The translations under genes were made by a program, and so were the position numbers. From a virus: a DNA stretch of 64,000 bases. The stretch lies in IMG/VR virus record IMGVR_UViG_3300029267_002792. One strand, 5' to 3'. Shown one piece after another: positions 63,452-64,000 of this stretch; position 1 is the first letter of the stretch, and each line of letters opens with the position of its first letter. The notes beneath the pieces were generated by a model. The model searched no databases. It was not told where the DNA came from and was given only the letters and a program-made list of their open reading frames with translations.

Positions 63452-63534
63452 GCGAGCGTGGTGAAACGGCAAACACACCTGTCTCAAAAGCAGGCGGTCG
63501 GAAGACCTTGGAGGTTCGACTCCTCTCGCTCGCA
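63452..63534 (+). tRNA. tRNA-Leu(CAA)
   Basis: Loop CTCAAAA. Confidence 0.9.
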
Positions 63535-63550
63535 CTGGATGGAGGTGATC

Positions 63551-64000
63551 ATGAAGATCGTGTTCCTCGACATCGACGGCGTTCTGAACTCGAGGCGGTT
63601 CCTGGAGGCTCAAAACTCCTCGGGCGAGGACTACGTTCCCATGTCCTTGGAATGGTGGGCTGCCGGGGTCGACCCGCAGGCGGTCGAGCTGCTCAACGAC
63701 CTCCTAGATCGTACCGGCGCGAAGGTCGTGGTATCCTCGTCCTGGAGGCTTGGGTCGACACTGGAATGGCTGGAGAAGGTTCTGAAGTACCGGGGGTTTA
63801 CAGGGGCTCTGATCAGTGTGACACCTCGAGTCATCGGGGGCTCGCGGGGCGAGGAGATCGATCTCTGGCTCCGCAATCACGGACGCGGAGTTCGAGCTTT
63901 CGTGGCTCTGGACGACGACATCGAAATGGCCCCCGTAGCTCATCGCCACGTGAAGACCGAGTTCACCACTGGCCTGCTCCCGAAGCACGTGGAGCTGGCC
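63551..64000 (+). CDS. HAD phosphatase of the RNA-repair-associated HAD_SAK_2 type (runs off window)
   Basis: Hand-translated: MKIVFLDIDGVLN, VVSSSWR, RGEEIDLWL, FVALDDD; GGAGG RBS. Confidence 0.8.
   Translation, partial: MKIVFLDIDGVLNSRRFLEAQNSSGEDYVPMSLEWWAAGVDPQAVELLNDLLDRTGAKVVVSSSWRLGSTLEWLEKVLKYRGFTGALISVTPRVIGGSRGEEIDLWLRNHGRGVRAFVALDDDIEMAPVAHRHVKTEFTTGLLPKHVELA

Noticed and set aside
54400-63540. Many short ORF-track entries over the RNA array, mostly on the minus strand
   Set aside because: They overlap tRNA and Y RNA genes and have no coding motifs

Overview
This 64-kb, GC-rich window looks like part of a large tailed (jumbo-type) phage genome with a T4-like head module. Bases 1-53.7 kb read on the minus strand. 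They hold a prohead protease/scaffold, an intein-interrupted portal, terminase, ThyA, family-A DNA polymerase, a 1784-aa repeat/kinase-like protein, and a recombination-replication block (SSB, RuvC, Cas4-like nuclease, RecA, SF2 helicase, primase, DnaB, DnaC-like loader, initiator). Accessory genes follow (MoxR-AAA/VWA pair, KhpA-like KH protein, UDG, methyltransferase, CoaB-like protein, peptide deformylase). Two Cas-less type I-E-like CRISPR mini-arrays share an identical 111-bp leader that contains an anti-repeat, and one spacer matches this phage's own DnaB gene at 26/32 nt. From about 54.1 kb, transcription is on the plus strand through an array of 35 tRNAs interleaved with a Ro60/Rsr gene, eight Y-RNA-like genes and other structured RNAs. 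The most striking observation is the array's leader: a 46-codon ORF using all 20 amino acids and 42 different codons, whose stop codon abuts mutually exclusive antiterminator/terminator hairpins. It may be a pan-codon attenuator that switches on the tRNA array when any tRNA runs short. All calls are by eye from motifs; no database search or folding program was run.
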